Notes: generated by a model not told the origin, from the sequence alone. Shown: positions 8,601 to 16,835, counted from the stretch's first letter. The stretch: DNA of 23,364 nt from Abditibacteriaceae bacterium (GCA_031372065.1 JANMKN010000361.1:1-23364); one strand, 5' to 3'. Program-made: numbers and translations.

Positions 8601-8976
8601 CGGAGAAGACACCTTTCGTCGCATGGTTTATCAGACCAAGCCGCGAATGCAACTCGACGACACATTTGGCATTTTCGACTGCCCCGATGCCGGGCAAATC
8701 GCGCCCAAACGCAATGTTTCCACCACGCCTTTGCAAGCTTTAGCGCTGCTCAACAATCCGTTTTTATTGCAACAATCCGAGTTTCTCGCGGGACGCATCG
8801 AACGCGAAGCCGGAGCCGATAAAAGCGCGCAAACGCGCCGCGCTTTCCAATTAGTTTTTGGCCGCGCGCCTTCGCCAGACGAAACTAAGGCCGCGCAAAA
8901 ATTAATCGAACAAAACGGCCTTGTCGCGCTCTGCCGCGCGCTGTTTAACGCGAACGAGTTTCTTTATGTTTTTTGA
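5650..8976 (+). CDS. Planctomycete cytochrome c / DUF1549 (PSCyt2) / DUF1553 (PSD1) protein with inserted beta-sandwich domains
   Basis: Signal peptide; 'VDFAREVRPIF..CESCHG..KSGLRLD...MPP'; 'HWAFQP', 'YGEKWARHWLDVVRFAES', 'CARCHAHKFDPI'; 'TARVLVNRLW...PSHPQLLDWLA', 'FDCPD', 'NANEFLY'. Confidence 0.93.
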   Translation: MRHKQNTLRLFLAALGLIHPAGAAPVDFAREVRPIFQQKCESCHGAAKQKSGLRLDRKEDALRGGDNISPLIKPGDANGSALLKIVSGQQPNLIMPPNGDKLTPAQVEILRRWIDEGAKWQDAETNPAKNHWAFQPLKRPVVPQIKNSKTAPRNALDNFLIAKLQERGLQFSPEADKPTIIRRLYFSLIGLPPSPEEIESFVADKDPQAYEKLVDKLLASPRYGEKWARHWLDVVRFAESNGFEMNRARDKAWPYRDYVIEAFNDDKPYDRFLIEQIAGDQLGADAATGFLVGGSWDQVKSPDPVLTAQQRSDELHDMVSTTGSAFLGLTVGCARCHAHKFDPISQTDYFRFVADFSGVQHGERPMHPADFEARLQKIAALKTVSAALDKQLEKFRPMARLGQRLLLDDKSPLTAQIEAPVNASVEYSPGTERGQMNDAGDAARLPNLGLHYRYWEAKAGESRDFFRWNPQGEGFFRIWLSWGVWTTHAKDARYILDLDGDLNTTQDQSEIATINQSQFADGTPAIANQKRWSDFKLGGIYSLQPSSCIVLRGGTLGGPTVADALLLEEVHAATSTPTLPHLRASVSPSANTETFAPIEAKFVRFTISKTNSAEPCLDELEVFAGERNVAAKNSGALATASGTLPGYAIHKLEHINDGSFGNAHSWISDQAGSGWVQIEFAQIESINRIVWSRDRQAPDKQQDKQFDDRLAIGYVIEASRDGKTWQKVASSADRLPDSFRPRITEIRTLENLSDNQQKAAAQLVTRHAELQKTMADLGAWPDVYAGQFSPPPATYRLSRGDPMQPKEVVAPGALSSFGAPLELPDATPEAARRMALAKWIADPQHPLTARVLVNRLWLYNFGNGIVDTPSDFGLNGAAPSHPQLLDWLASEFISQKWSIKQMQRLIVNSAAFRQSSAPSKDGLAADAGAKLLWRFPPRRLEAEALRDSVLQISGKLDLKMGGAGFDLFEPNDNYVKIYKSKQTFGEDTFRRMVYQTKPRMQLDDTFGIFDCPDAGQIAPKRNVSTTPLQALALLNNPFLLQQSEFLAGRIEREAGADKSAQTRRAFQLVFGRAPSPDETKAAQKLIEQNGLVALCRALFNANEFLYVF

Positions 8977-8977
8977 T

Positions 8978-9110
8978 TTTTAAACACAAAGAACACCAAG
9001 GAGGCACAGAGAAACACAAAGGTTGAAGAATAAATATTAAAGGCGCAGCCGGGTTTCCTAAAATTCCTTCGTGTGCCTTTGTGCCTCCTTGGTGTTCTTT
9101 GTGTTTAAAA
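8978..9110. repeat. 45-bp inverted repeat of CACAAAG-type subunits filling the intergenic space
   Basis: Arms 8978-9022 and 9066-9110 match at 41/45; the outer 31 bp are perfect. Confidence 0.9.
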
Positions 9111-10591
9111 TGAACCAACCTATTCTTTCTCACGCCGGACGAAATTTAATGAATCGCCGCGCTTTTTTGCGCTTTGCGGGCAATGGTTTGGGTGGCATCG
9201 CGCTGGCGACTTTATTGGCCGAACAAAAACTGCTGGCCGCTGATAAAACGCCGCTGCGTCCAGTCATTGATAATGCGCATCCGTTCGCGCCACGCGCGCC
9301 GCATTTCGCGCCGCGCGCCAAAAAAGTCGTGATGATTTTCTGCTCTGGCGCCCTTAGTCATGTAGACACTTTCGACTACAAGCCGGAACTGCTCAAACGC
9401 CACGACACGCCGCTGCCGGGCAGCGAAAATCTGGTGACGTTTCAAGGCGCGCAGGGCAATATCATCAAGCCGCTGTGGGAATTCAAACCGCGCGGGCAAA
9501 GCGGCAAAATGGTCAGCGATTTGTTGCCGAATTTGGCCGAACTCGCCGACGAAATGTGCTTTATTCATTCGATGACCGCCAAGAGCAACACGCACGGCCC
9601 GGCAGAGAATCAGATGTCAACCGGCTTCACCTTGGATGGATTTCCCGGCATCGGCTGCTGGGCGACTTACGCGCTGGGTTCCGAGTGCCAAAACTTGCCC
9701 GCTTTTGTGGCGATTCCCGACCCGCGCGGCGGCCCGCAAGTCGGCCCGAATCATTGGAATTCCGCGTTTTTGCCCGCCGTTTTTCAAGGCGTGGCTTTCA
9801 ACGCCGACAAGCCGATGGCGAACCTGTCGCGCCCGCCCGCCATCAGCGAAAACGCCGACGAAGCCACGCGCGATTTCTTGAAATTTCTTAACGACACGCA
9901 TTTGCAAAATCATCCCGGCGACGGCGAACTTTCGGCGCGCATCGCTTCCTATGAAATGGCGGCGCGCCTGCAATTAGCCGCGCCCGAAGTGTCGAATTTA
10001 GCGGGCGAAAGCGCCGCTACGCTGGCAATGTATGGCGTGAACGACACCAACAAAACCAAAGCGGGCTTCGGCAAAAACTGCCTTTTGGCGCGGCGCCTTA
10101 TCGAACGCGGCGTGCGTTTCGTTCAACTGTTCAACGGCGCGTATGCGATGGGCGAAGGCGTCGGCAACTGGGACGGGCACAAGCAAATCGTAGATCAATA
10201 CAACGTGCATGGCCCGATTTTAGACGGCCCCTGCGCCGCCCTTTTGCGCGACATGAAATCGCGCGGTTTATTGGATGAAACCTTGGTTGTTTTCGTGACG
10301 GAATTTGGCCGGATGCCGACCTTCCAAAAAGGCGCCAGTGGGCGCGATCACAATCCGCAAGGCTTTACGGTGTGGATGGCTGGCGCAGGCGTCAAACGCG
10401 CCTTCAGTTACGGAGCCACAGACGAATTCGGCTACAAAGCCGTGGAAAACGTCGCCACCATTTACGATTTACACGCCACCATTTTGCACCTGCTCGGCCT
10501 TGACCATGAACGTCTCAGCTTTTATCACAACGGCATCGAACGGCGCCTAACGGATGTTCACGGCCATGTGATTCGCGATGTCTTGGCGTAA
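9110..10591 (+). CDS. DUF1501 domain protein (493 aa) with twin-arginine-like N-terminus
   Basis: 'NRRAFL'; '[10 protein letters not shown]', '[15 protein letters not shown]', 'WDGH', 'EFGRMP', 'GRDHNP', '[17 protein letters not shown]', 'RLTDVHG'. Usual partner of DUF1553 genes. The start could instead be the second Met (MNRRAFL). Confidence 0.93.
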   Translation: MNQPILSHAGRNLMNRRAFLRFAGNGLGGIALATLLAEQKLLAADKTPLRPVIDNAHPFAPRAPHFAPRAKKVVMIFCSGALSHVDTFDYKPELLKRHDTPLPGSENLVTFQGAQGNIIKPLWEFKPRGQSGKMVSDLLPNLAELADEMCFIHSMTAKSNTHGPAENQMSTGFTLDGFPGIGCWATYALGSECQNLPAFVAIPDPRGGPQVGPNHWNSAFLPAVFQGVAFNADKPMANLSRPPAISENADEATRDFLKFLNDTHLQNHPGDGELSARIASYEMAARLQLAAPEVSNLAGESAATLAMYGVNDTNKTKAGFGKNCLLARRLIERGVRFVQLFNGAYAMGEGVGNWDGHKQIVDQYNVHGPILDGPCAALLRDMKSRGLLDETLVVFVTEFGRMPTFQKGASGRDHNPQGFTVWMAGAGVKRAFSYGATDEFGYKAVENVATIYDLHATILHLLGLDHERLSFYHNGIERRLTDVHGHVIRDVLA

Positions 10592-10593
10592 GG

Positions 10594-10659
10594 TGGAGAA
10601 GACTCAAGATCAGCACACCGGCGCGTGTGGGCCGGGTTCGCTACCGCGCGTGGTTAGGC
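10594..10659 (-). other. Degenerate attC-like recombination site
   Basis: Minus strand: GCCTAAC-CACGC-GCGGTAGC-[CCGGC/GCCGG hairpin]-GCTGATC-TTGAGTC-TTCTCCA, starting 10 nt after the CPBP stop. R'' is perfect and R' is eroded. Confidence 0.5.
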
Positions 10660-10669
10660 CGAAATTCGC

Positions 10670-11398
10670 TCATTTGTGCATAGTCACCAGTATCATCATG
10701 ATGAGGTAAGGCTCACCGAACATATGATACGCGCTATGCGCGATTATCGTCGGCGTGAGACTGCGCTTGCCCAAAACGTAAAGCCCGGCGTGCAGGGAAA
10801 ACAAGAAGAAGGATGGCAGAAAACCAATCCACGATAGATTCTGCAATGAATGATAAGCAGCCGAGCAGGCACCGGACGCGACTATCTGCACCCAAACCGG
10901 CACACGCACCCGGTGTAACTCCGTCATGAAAAAACCGCGCATCATCGTCTCTTCGCCCACAGCCATGAAGATGCCGAGAGGAATCAGCACGAAGCGCACT
11001 CGGTTCAACTCCAAAACATCTACATTGCGTAGCACATAGTGCGCACCGAAATAACTGCCGTAGAGGTAAGCCGCCGCGAACACTATCGCCAAAGCCAAAG
11101 CCAGTTTCGTTGTGGGGCGCCCCCAGCCCAAGTCCGCCAGCGACAGGCCCCGTGCCCGCTGCCAGAGGACGATCACCGCGAAGATGATGGCCGATGCGAG
11201 GGAGAAGCCCACCTGTAGCCAAGCCGCCGCATGGAACAAATCGAAGCGCGGACGCAAGTAACCGGCCAGCCACACAAAGCAACCAAGTCCCACCACGACG
11301 ATGCCCAGCAGAGTGATGGCGAGGGCATTTCGCCATGCCGTATAAGTGGAGAGGACTGGTGGTGTTGTGGGGTTAGAGGTTGGGGATGTGATGGGCAT
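10670..11398 (-). CDS. CPBP/Abi (type II CAAX) family intramembrane glutamic endopeptidase
   Basis: Multiple TM helices; 'EETMMRG' (EExxxR), 'SAAYH', 'IIAHSAYH'. Confidence 0.9.
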   Translation of the reverse strand: MPITSPTSNPTTPPVLSTYTAWRNALAITLLGIVVVGLGCFVWLAGYLRPRFDLFHAAAWLQVGFSLASAIIFAVIVLWQRARGLSLADLGWGRPTTKLALALAIVFAAAYLYGSYFGAHYVLRNVDVLELNRVRFVLIPLGIFMAVGEETMMRGFFMTELHRVRVPVWVQIVASGACSAAYHSLQNLSWIGFLPSFFLFSLHAGLYVLGKRSLTPTIIAHSAYHMFGEPYLIMMILVTMHK

Positions 11399-11465
11399 TC
11401 ATCGAGTTTAACTTTCCGCCTGCAAGAGCGCCGCGCGCTACAGCAGAACGACCAAGCTTGTATGT

Positions 11466-11562
11466 TGAAAAGGGAGTCAGTGACGCACCGACTAAGCTGA
11501 GATTGCGACAACGCTCAGTTGAAGCCAATCTGCGGGTGAGATCAGCGCCTGACTCCTTTTCA
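11466..11562. repeat. Imperfect inverted repeat element with inner hairpin
   Basis: TGAAAAGGGAGTCAG (11466-11480) / CTGACTCCTTTTCA (11549-11562) with one indel; inner AGCTGAG/CTCAGTT. Confidence 0.6.
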
Positions 11563-11731
11563 TTTCTTACCCAAAAGACCGGACAGTATCAGAAGCCGGA
11601 ACATGATGCGTTCACGAGCTTGCATTCACAGCGTTGCGTTTCAATCCGCTGATTCGTGCTTTGGGTTTGCGCCTATTGGCCAAGGACAAGAGTAAGCTGC
11701 TGATTATAGGGGCGGCGGGCGCCCTCTGGGC

Positions 11732-11936
11732 CAGGGCAATCGCATTAGAATTTTCAAGAGCCACTTTTGTGCGCTGGGCGAATAAATTCGCGGCAATTAG
11801 GCGGAGAAGTCTGCCTTCGCGGACTAAAAATGGCCTCTTAACAGTCGCCGCAGGGCGACTTTGCTGCGTATAAGCCGCGAATTCATTCGTCCGGCACACG
11901 AATCTGGCATAGAGAAATCCTAATGCGATTGCCCTG
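11732..11936. mobile_element. 205-bp MITE-like element with 22-bp TIRs (ISAs1-like ends) and nested internal palindromes
   Basis: TIRs CAGGGCAATCGCATTAG(A/G)ATTT at 11732-11753 and 11915-11936 (21/22); inner IR 11769-11794/11874-11899; hairpins 11808-11825 and 11843-11860. No target duplication seen. Confidence 0.7.
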
Positions 11937-12104
11937 ATGTCCTACGTCTTCGTATCGTGTTTGGTCATTGAATTCTGGTATTCTAAAAACCTCACTACGT
12001 AAGGTGAGGATGCAAAAGTAAATTTTAACAATTTCATTTTTTTCAAAACTCCTTTATAGAATTCATTTTTAGTTATAGAAGTGCGCCATGAGTGACTACT
12101 TTTC

Positions 12105-13832
12105 TCACTTGTTTCTTATTTCTCGCACCGTCAAAATTTGATTGGCTTGCACGTTTTCCAGCGTTTGAATGGTGCCGGAAAGCCATTTAATTTCAATTTT
12201 TTCGACCTTCGTTGCCTCACCCAAACCAAAATGCACACGATGATCGCTTTCGCCGCCGTAACTGCCGCCGCCAGTGACAACGCGCAACTGTTTTTTACCG
12301 TCAATGGTTGCTATGCATTGCGCGCCAATGGGCGAAGTGCAACCGAAGCGATTGGTTAATTTCAGCGTGAGCCAGTTTTTGTGCGCTGATTCATTGAGCA
12401 AAAGCGTGGGCCGGTCATCGTTAGCTGTAACGACAATATCAACGCGACCATCGTTGTTCACATCACCGCTGGCAGCACCTCGATGCACACGCTGGTCTGA
12501 TTTGGGCAGCGCTTTTTTGTCTTCGGTGAAATTACCTTTGCCATCGTTCAGCAAAAGCTGGTTCAATTGCTTTTGCGTCATCTGACTATAGCTGTGCTGG
12601 ATATAAGGATTAACGTGCCCGTTGGCGAAAAATAAATCCAGTGTTCCGTTGTTGCGCGCATCAAAAGCCACCACGCCAAAGCCCAAAAACGGCATGGTGG
12701 CAGCAAAAAGACCGTTGGTGCCACTGACATCGGTAAAATAAGCGCCATCGTTGCGATAAAAGGTATAAGGCTCGTTTGAGAAGGTTGTGACCACCGAATC
12801 CATGTCGCCATCTTCATCAAAATCAGCGGCAGTGGTGCCCATATTGGCTTGCGGATGACCGTCTAAACCAAAAGCGACGCTTTGCTGCATCGCTTCCTCT
12901 TTGAAAGTGTCGTTTTTCTGGTTAATAAAAAGAAAATTTGGTGATAAGTCGTTGGAGACAAACAAATCTGTCCAACCGTCTTTATTAAAATCGGCAGTCA
13001 CCACGCCTAAGCCGCGCCGCGCTTCCTTGCCGACACCGGCTTTTTTTGTCACATCTTCAAAAGTGCCGTCACCTTTATTATGAAATAGCGCATGATATGC
13101 TGGCGGATAAACCGTCGGATTGCAAACACTACGCTTACCTTTTGGGCCGGGGCAGGCAATATCTTTTTCAACCGACCATTCGCAATAGCGCGTCACATAT
13201 AAATCCAGATGGCCGTCACGATCAAAATCAAACCAAGTGGCGCCTGTCGAAAAGCCCCCCAGCGTCACACCAGCTTTTTTGCTAACATCATCGAAAGTGC
13301 CGTCGCCGCGTCCACGAAAAAGCGTATTGCCACCGTAACACGCGACATAAATATCATCTTTGCCGTCGTTGTTATAGTCGCCCACAGCCGCCGCGATACC
13401 ATAGGCGGTTTCGGCATTACCAAAAGCGTTCGGCGCTAATTGAAAATGGCCTTTCCCGTCGTTTAAATACAAGCGTTGACGCAGCTTTTGTGGCAACTTG
13501 CATTTGCCCAATAGCTTGGGCTGGGGGAAGTAAATATCGAGAAATCCATCGTTGTTTGCATCCAGAAAAGCTGCGCCTGCTGCCACTTGCTCGACGAAAT
13601 AATTCAAGCCGCAGCCGCCGTGAGACTGACAAAAAACAAGTCCCGCTTCTTGTGTGACATCCTTAAAAGAAGCGCTTTTCGTGTCTGAATTTTCTGCCGT
13701 TTTTGAAAGAGAGAGCGGCTTTTGGTTTTGTGCCCTATGCTTAGGGCATCCGTTCATAAAAAGCAGCGCACAGGCCACAAAAACAGCACGGAAAAACGAG
13801 ACTCGACCTAAAAACTGCCGCGAACGTTGCAT
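12105..13832 (-). CDS. CRTAC1-family protein (FG-GAP/VCBS repeats + ASPIC/UnbV domain), probable lipoprotein (575 aa)
   Basis: Repeats 'DANNDGFLDIY', 'DYNNDGKDDIY', 'DFDRDGHLDLY', 'DFNKDGWTDLF', 'DVNNDGRVDIV'; C-terminal 'GGGSYGG..DHRVHFGLG..EIKWLSG'; lipobox-like 'FMNGC'. ATG 13832 lies 1 nt after the TPR stop. Confidence 0.93.
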   Translation of the reverse strand: MQRSRQFLGRVSFFRAVFVACALLFMNGCPKHRAQNQKPLSLSKTAENSDTKSASFKDVTQEAGLVFCQSHGGCGLNYFVEQVAAGAAFLDANNDGFLDIYFPQPKLLGKCKLPQKLRQRLYLNDGKGHFQLAPNAFGNAETAYGIAAAVGDYNNDGKDDIYVACYGGNTLFRGRGDGTFDDVSKKAGVTLGGFSTGATWFDFDRDGHLDLYVTRYCEWSVEKDIACPGPKGKRSVCNPTVYPPAYHALFHNKGDGTFEDVTKKAGVGKEARRGLGVVTADFNKDGWTDLFVSNDLSPNFLFINQKNDTFKEEAMQQSVAFGLDGHPQANMGTTAADFDEDGDMDSVVTTFSNEPYTFYRNDGAYFTDVSGTNGLFAATMPFLGFGVVAFDARNNGTLDLFFANGHVNPYIQHSYSQMTQKQLNQLLLNDGKGNFTEDKKALPKSDQRVHRGAASGDVNNDGRVDIVVTANDDRPTLLLNESAHKNWLTLKLTNRFGCTSPIGAQCIATIDGKKQLRVVTGGGSYGGESDHRVHFGLGEATKVEKIEIKWLSGTIQTLENVQANQILTVREIRNK

Positions 13833-13833
13833 T

Positions 13834-15342
13834 TTACTGACGGGTTGCCTCCGTCGTAGCATGAGGAGCCATCGTCACCGATTCGCTTTCCGATGGAGGG
13901 CGAAGCGATACCGAGGGCAATGACGTTGAGATTGTTTGACCTTTGTCCTTTTGCGATACGCTTTTTTGTTGCTGTGCCAATATTTTTGTTAATTTCTCGC
14001 TGCCAATTTTGGCTTTCTGGTTAGCGGGGTCTAATTGTAAAACATAGAGATATTCATCGCGTGCGGCACCCGTGAAACCAAGATCGCGATAGCGGTCGGC
14101 TAAAATCAAATGCAACGGCACACTTTGGGGATGCAATTTCGCCAACCCGTGAATTTGTTTGAGTTGATTATCGTTAAAAAACATCTGCGTGGAAGCCGTA
14201 GCGAATTTTGTCGCTTTTTCCGGTTTGCCCTGACGCGTGTAAATTGCCGAAAGCTGTTGATGGGGCACCGTGCCAGCGGGGTTAAGCCGCAGGGCTTCTT
14301 CAAATTGCACACGCGCATCGTCCAATTTTCCCAGCCGCAGGCAAGCAATGCCCAATTTCTCACGATAACCGGCATTACCCGGCTCGGCCTCCACCGCCAG
14401 TTGAAATGCTTCGTAAGATTTTTGTGCCGAGTCTTTTTGCCCTGAGATTTGCAAAAGCTGGCCGTTTAAAGCCTGTAATCCTGCATGACGCGGATTTTTT
14501 TGCAGTCCTTGTTTAATAGTGTCAAGCGCCGCCTTGGGTGAACCGGACACATTCAATACTCTGGCTAACAAAAAATAATGTTCTGCTTTTTGAGGTTCGA
14601 TTTCAATTGCCCGTCGCAAGTATTTCATGGCGCTGCGGCTATCACGCAAACCCACACAAATGCGGCCCAGATTGAAATAGATAATTCCCTGTTGAGGCCA
14701 AACTTTTAACAGGCTGGCAAATTTGTCGCGCGCCTCGTTGAGCGCCGCCGAATGCAATTGTGGATCAGGAAATTGCAAGCCATATTCCATGGCGGCAGAG
14801 GCCAGCACATAAGAATTATTGGGGTCACGCGGGCCAAATTTTACCGACTGCCGGGCCGCTTCCAAGGCTTCAAAATAACGTTCCTCATGAAACAGGGTGG
14901 CCGACAGCCCTTGCCACGCTGATGGCACTTTGGGAAACTTTTGAACCGCTTTACGAAACGTGCTTTCCGCGTTGGTCAACTCTTTTTGTGCCAACTCGAT
15001 ATTCGCTAAAGCAACAAGAGGAGATGGGTCGCGGGGCGATAATTTTTCAATCTCGTGCAATTGTTGGCGAGTGAGAGAAACCTGCCCTATAGCAGAATAA
15101 GCATCTGCTAAACGCCATCGCGCCTCAACGTTTTGCGGCGTTTGCATAACAGCACTTTGCAAGGCTTTCAGTTTGGCTTGTAAATTTTCTAATTGGCGAA
15201 TTTCCTCTTTTTGCTTTTCTTGACGCGCCACTTGAAGTTGTAAATTAGCTTCCGCTTGTTGACGATACAAAAAAGCGCCTGCCAATGCCGCAATTCCCAA
15301 CCCAAGCAACCCATACAATCGCCAAGTATTTAAAAACTTCAT
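13834..15342 (-). CDS. Tetratricopeptide-repeat protein with N-terminal membrane anchor
   Basis: N-terminal hydrophobic segment, coiled coil, then repeated TPR patterns ('YFNLGRI..A..YLRRAIEIEP', 'LGIACLRLGKLDDARVQFEEALRLNP'). Confidence 0.9.
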   Translation of the reverse strand: MKFLNTWRLYGLLGLGIAALAGAFLYRQQAEANLQLQVARQEKQKEEIRQLENLQAKLKALQSAVMQTPQNVEARWRLADAYSAIGQVSLTRQQLHEIEKLSPRDPSPLVALANIELAQKELTNAESTFRKAVQKFPKVPSAWQGLSATLFHEERYFEALEAARQSVKFGPRDPNNSYVLASAAMEYGLQFPDPQLHSAALNEARDKFASLLKVWPQQGIIYFNLGRICVGLRDSRSAMKYLRRAIEIEPQKAEHYFLLARVLNVSGSPKAALDTIKQGLQKNPRHAGLQALNGQLLQISGQKDSAQKSYEAFQLAVEAEPGNAGYREKLGIACLRLGKLDDARVQFEEALRLNPAGTVPHQQLSAIYTRQGKPEKATKFATASTQMFFNDNQLKQIHGLAKLHPQSVPLHLILADRYRDLGFTGAARDEYLYVLQLDPANQKAKIGSEKLTKILAQQQKSVSQKDKGQTISTSLPSVSLRPPSESESVTMAPHATTEATRQ

Positions 15343-15377
15343 AAAGTGGTCATTGCCTACAGGAGTCGGCAGTCCTC

Positions 15378-15431
15378 AAAAATAACAACAGAAACAGCAA
15401 GGCGACCCCAAAAACTAATGGGATCGCCTTG
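15378..15431 (-). terminator. Stem-loop after the DUF1559 gene (weak terminator or mRNA stabiliser)
   Basis: Minus strand CAAGGCGATCCCA-8 nt-TGGGGTCGCCTTG (one G:U pair) followed by an interrupted T-rich tract. Confidence 0.6.
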
Positions 15432-15456
15432 TTTCGTCTCTAAACGTCAAAGAAGG

Positions 15457-16290
15457 TTAGTTGATTTGATACGTTGGCCGGGTTCCCGCGCGGGTTCCCA
15501 TTAACGTATTGATTTGCGCCTGAGTCTGGCGGGCACCCATGGCTGATGAAGGGAACCACTTAACATGTCCATCAGCAAATGCATAGTTGGCACCATCCAA
15601 ATGGCGACGCAAGGGAGCTTTCGAGCCACCTGTGCGGCCTACGCCTGTGGTGGGGTCATCGCCGTTCACAAGTTTCTCGTGTCCGTCGTTCCAACCCCAA
15701 CCCGCATCTTCCTGACTGGCGCCACCAACAGAAGAACCGCGCTCACCTTCAACCAACATCAGGGTAGCTGCCGAGAAAGCCAAATCGGACAACTGCGCCG
15801 CATTACGACGGGTGGTATCCGCGTAAAAATCGTGCTGCGAGGTCAAGCGATAATTGATGGAATACTGGCCTTGGCCCGACCAGTCGCCGTTGCTTTTGCC
15901 TGGGTTGTCTTTGTCGTTGCCGTCGCCTTCGCTGGGGCAGCGAAAAACTTGCACGGACTTAATGTATGGCAGAGCAGCGTGCTGCCAGCCAAACCATTCA
16001 TTGCGGAACTGTCCCCAAGGCGCATCCCGCGCACTGTTAGGGCCGGGGAAACGCAACAAAGGAAAGCGCTCGTCATAGTCCTGCACATATTGCAACAGTC
16101 CTAATGCAACTTGCTTTTCATTGTTCAAACAACTGCTTTTGCGGGCATTTTCGCGGGCACGGGCGAAAACAGGGAACAGAATGGCGGCGAGGAGCGCTAT
16201 TATCGCTATGACGACAAGCAACTCAATCAAGGTGAAACCTGATTTCTGAGTCTGCTGGTGAGCGATACGCATTGGTAATGCCTTTTTCAT
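15457..16290 (-). CDS. DUF1559 / prepilin-type N-terminal cleavage-methylation protein with C-terminal H-X9-DG motif
   Basis: '[32 protein letters not shown]', 'SSCLNNEKQ', 'FRCPS', '[17 protein letters not shown]'. Start may be 16290 or 16272. Confidence 0.95.
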   Translation of the reverse strand: MKKALPMRIAHQQTQKSGFTLIELLVVIAIIALLAAILFPVFARARENARKSSCLNNEKQVALGLLQYVQDYDERFPLLRFPGPNSARDAPWGQFRNEWFGWQHAALPYIKSVQVFRCPSEGDGNDKDNPGKSNGDWSGQGQYSINYRLTSQHDFYADTTRRNAAQLSDLAFSAATLMLVEGERGSSVGGASQEDAGWGWNDGHEKLVNGDDPTTGVGRTGGSKAPLRRHLDGANYAFADGHVKWFPSSAMGARQTQAQINTLMGTRAGTRPTYQIN

Positions 16291-16512
16291 AAATCTTGCT
16301 GTGTTCCTCCAGTTGGAATTTTACGACGATGCATTGGCAACGCCGCTATAAAATACAAAGTCTTGGCAGGGTGCGCGATGGTATTAGCGCAGTCTGACCA
16401 AACACTTCGAATTTAAATTTCAGGTTGCTGAATGCTTGTGATCTATTTTACCCATTTTCAATAAAACTTAAACACCGTTATAAAATTTAATTTTCATCTC
16501 GTCACTTTTGAT

Positions 16513-16585
16513 CAATGCCATAGAGGTTATTTATTGTGCCTGACGGTAAAACCGTCAGGCACAATAAATAACCTCTATGGCATTG
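16513..16585. repeat. Perfect 35-bp inverted repeat with 3-nt loop
   Basis: CAATGCCATAGAGGTTATTTATTGTGCCTGACGGT-AAA-exact reverse complement. Confidence 0.95.
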
Positions 16586-16601
16586 TAATTCCAAGAATTT
16601 C

Positions 16602-16835
16602 CTACCGCCCCTGCATTTGCGACATGGGCGACATGGGTGATGAGGGCCGAGAGCCATTGGCATTTGCAGTATTATCAGGCATTTTACCGCTCTGATACAT
16701 TTGCATATTCTTTTGGGCACCAGCGGACATCTGCTTCGTGGGGTCTGACCCGACAAAAACGAAATATGCTGCTCCAAAAATGACCAATGCCACCACACCA
16801 ATGATAGCGTAAGTGGTTCCTTTTGACAGTTCCAT
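16602..16835 (-). CDS. Small single-TM membrane protein (77 aa) with Met/Ser/Pro/Gln-rich tail
   Basis: SD GGAGG 5 nt before ATG 16835; TM 'YAIIGVVALVIFGAAYFVFV'; co-oriented upstream of DUF1559. Confidence 0.75.
   Translation of the reverse strand: MELSKGTTYAIIGVVALVIFGAAYFVFVGSDPTKQMSAGAQKNMQMYQSGKMPDNTANANGSRPSSPMSPMSQMQGR

Noticed and set aside
9071..9109. GTG-started extension of DUF1501
   Set aside because: It lies inside the inverted-repeat arm.
11466..11605. Cobalamin riboswitch (AAAAGGGA... and AAGCCGGAA resemblance)
   Set aside because: The core elements (T-loop, GCCCCCGCAACTGT-like segment) are missing and no gene follows on that strand; none was recognised before cbiX or pduO either.
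11612..11899. Short ORFs across the MITE as transposase remnants
   Set aside because: No DDE or HUH motifs; 'NAIAL' is only the translated TIR.
12105..13832. Enediyne biosynthetic cluster suggested by the UnbV domain
   Set aside because: No PKS, thioesterase or other enediyne genes; ASPIC/UnbV proteins are widespread outside such clusters.
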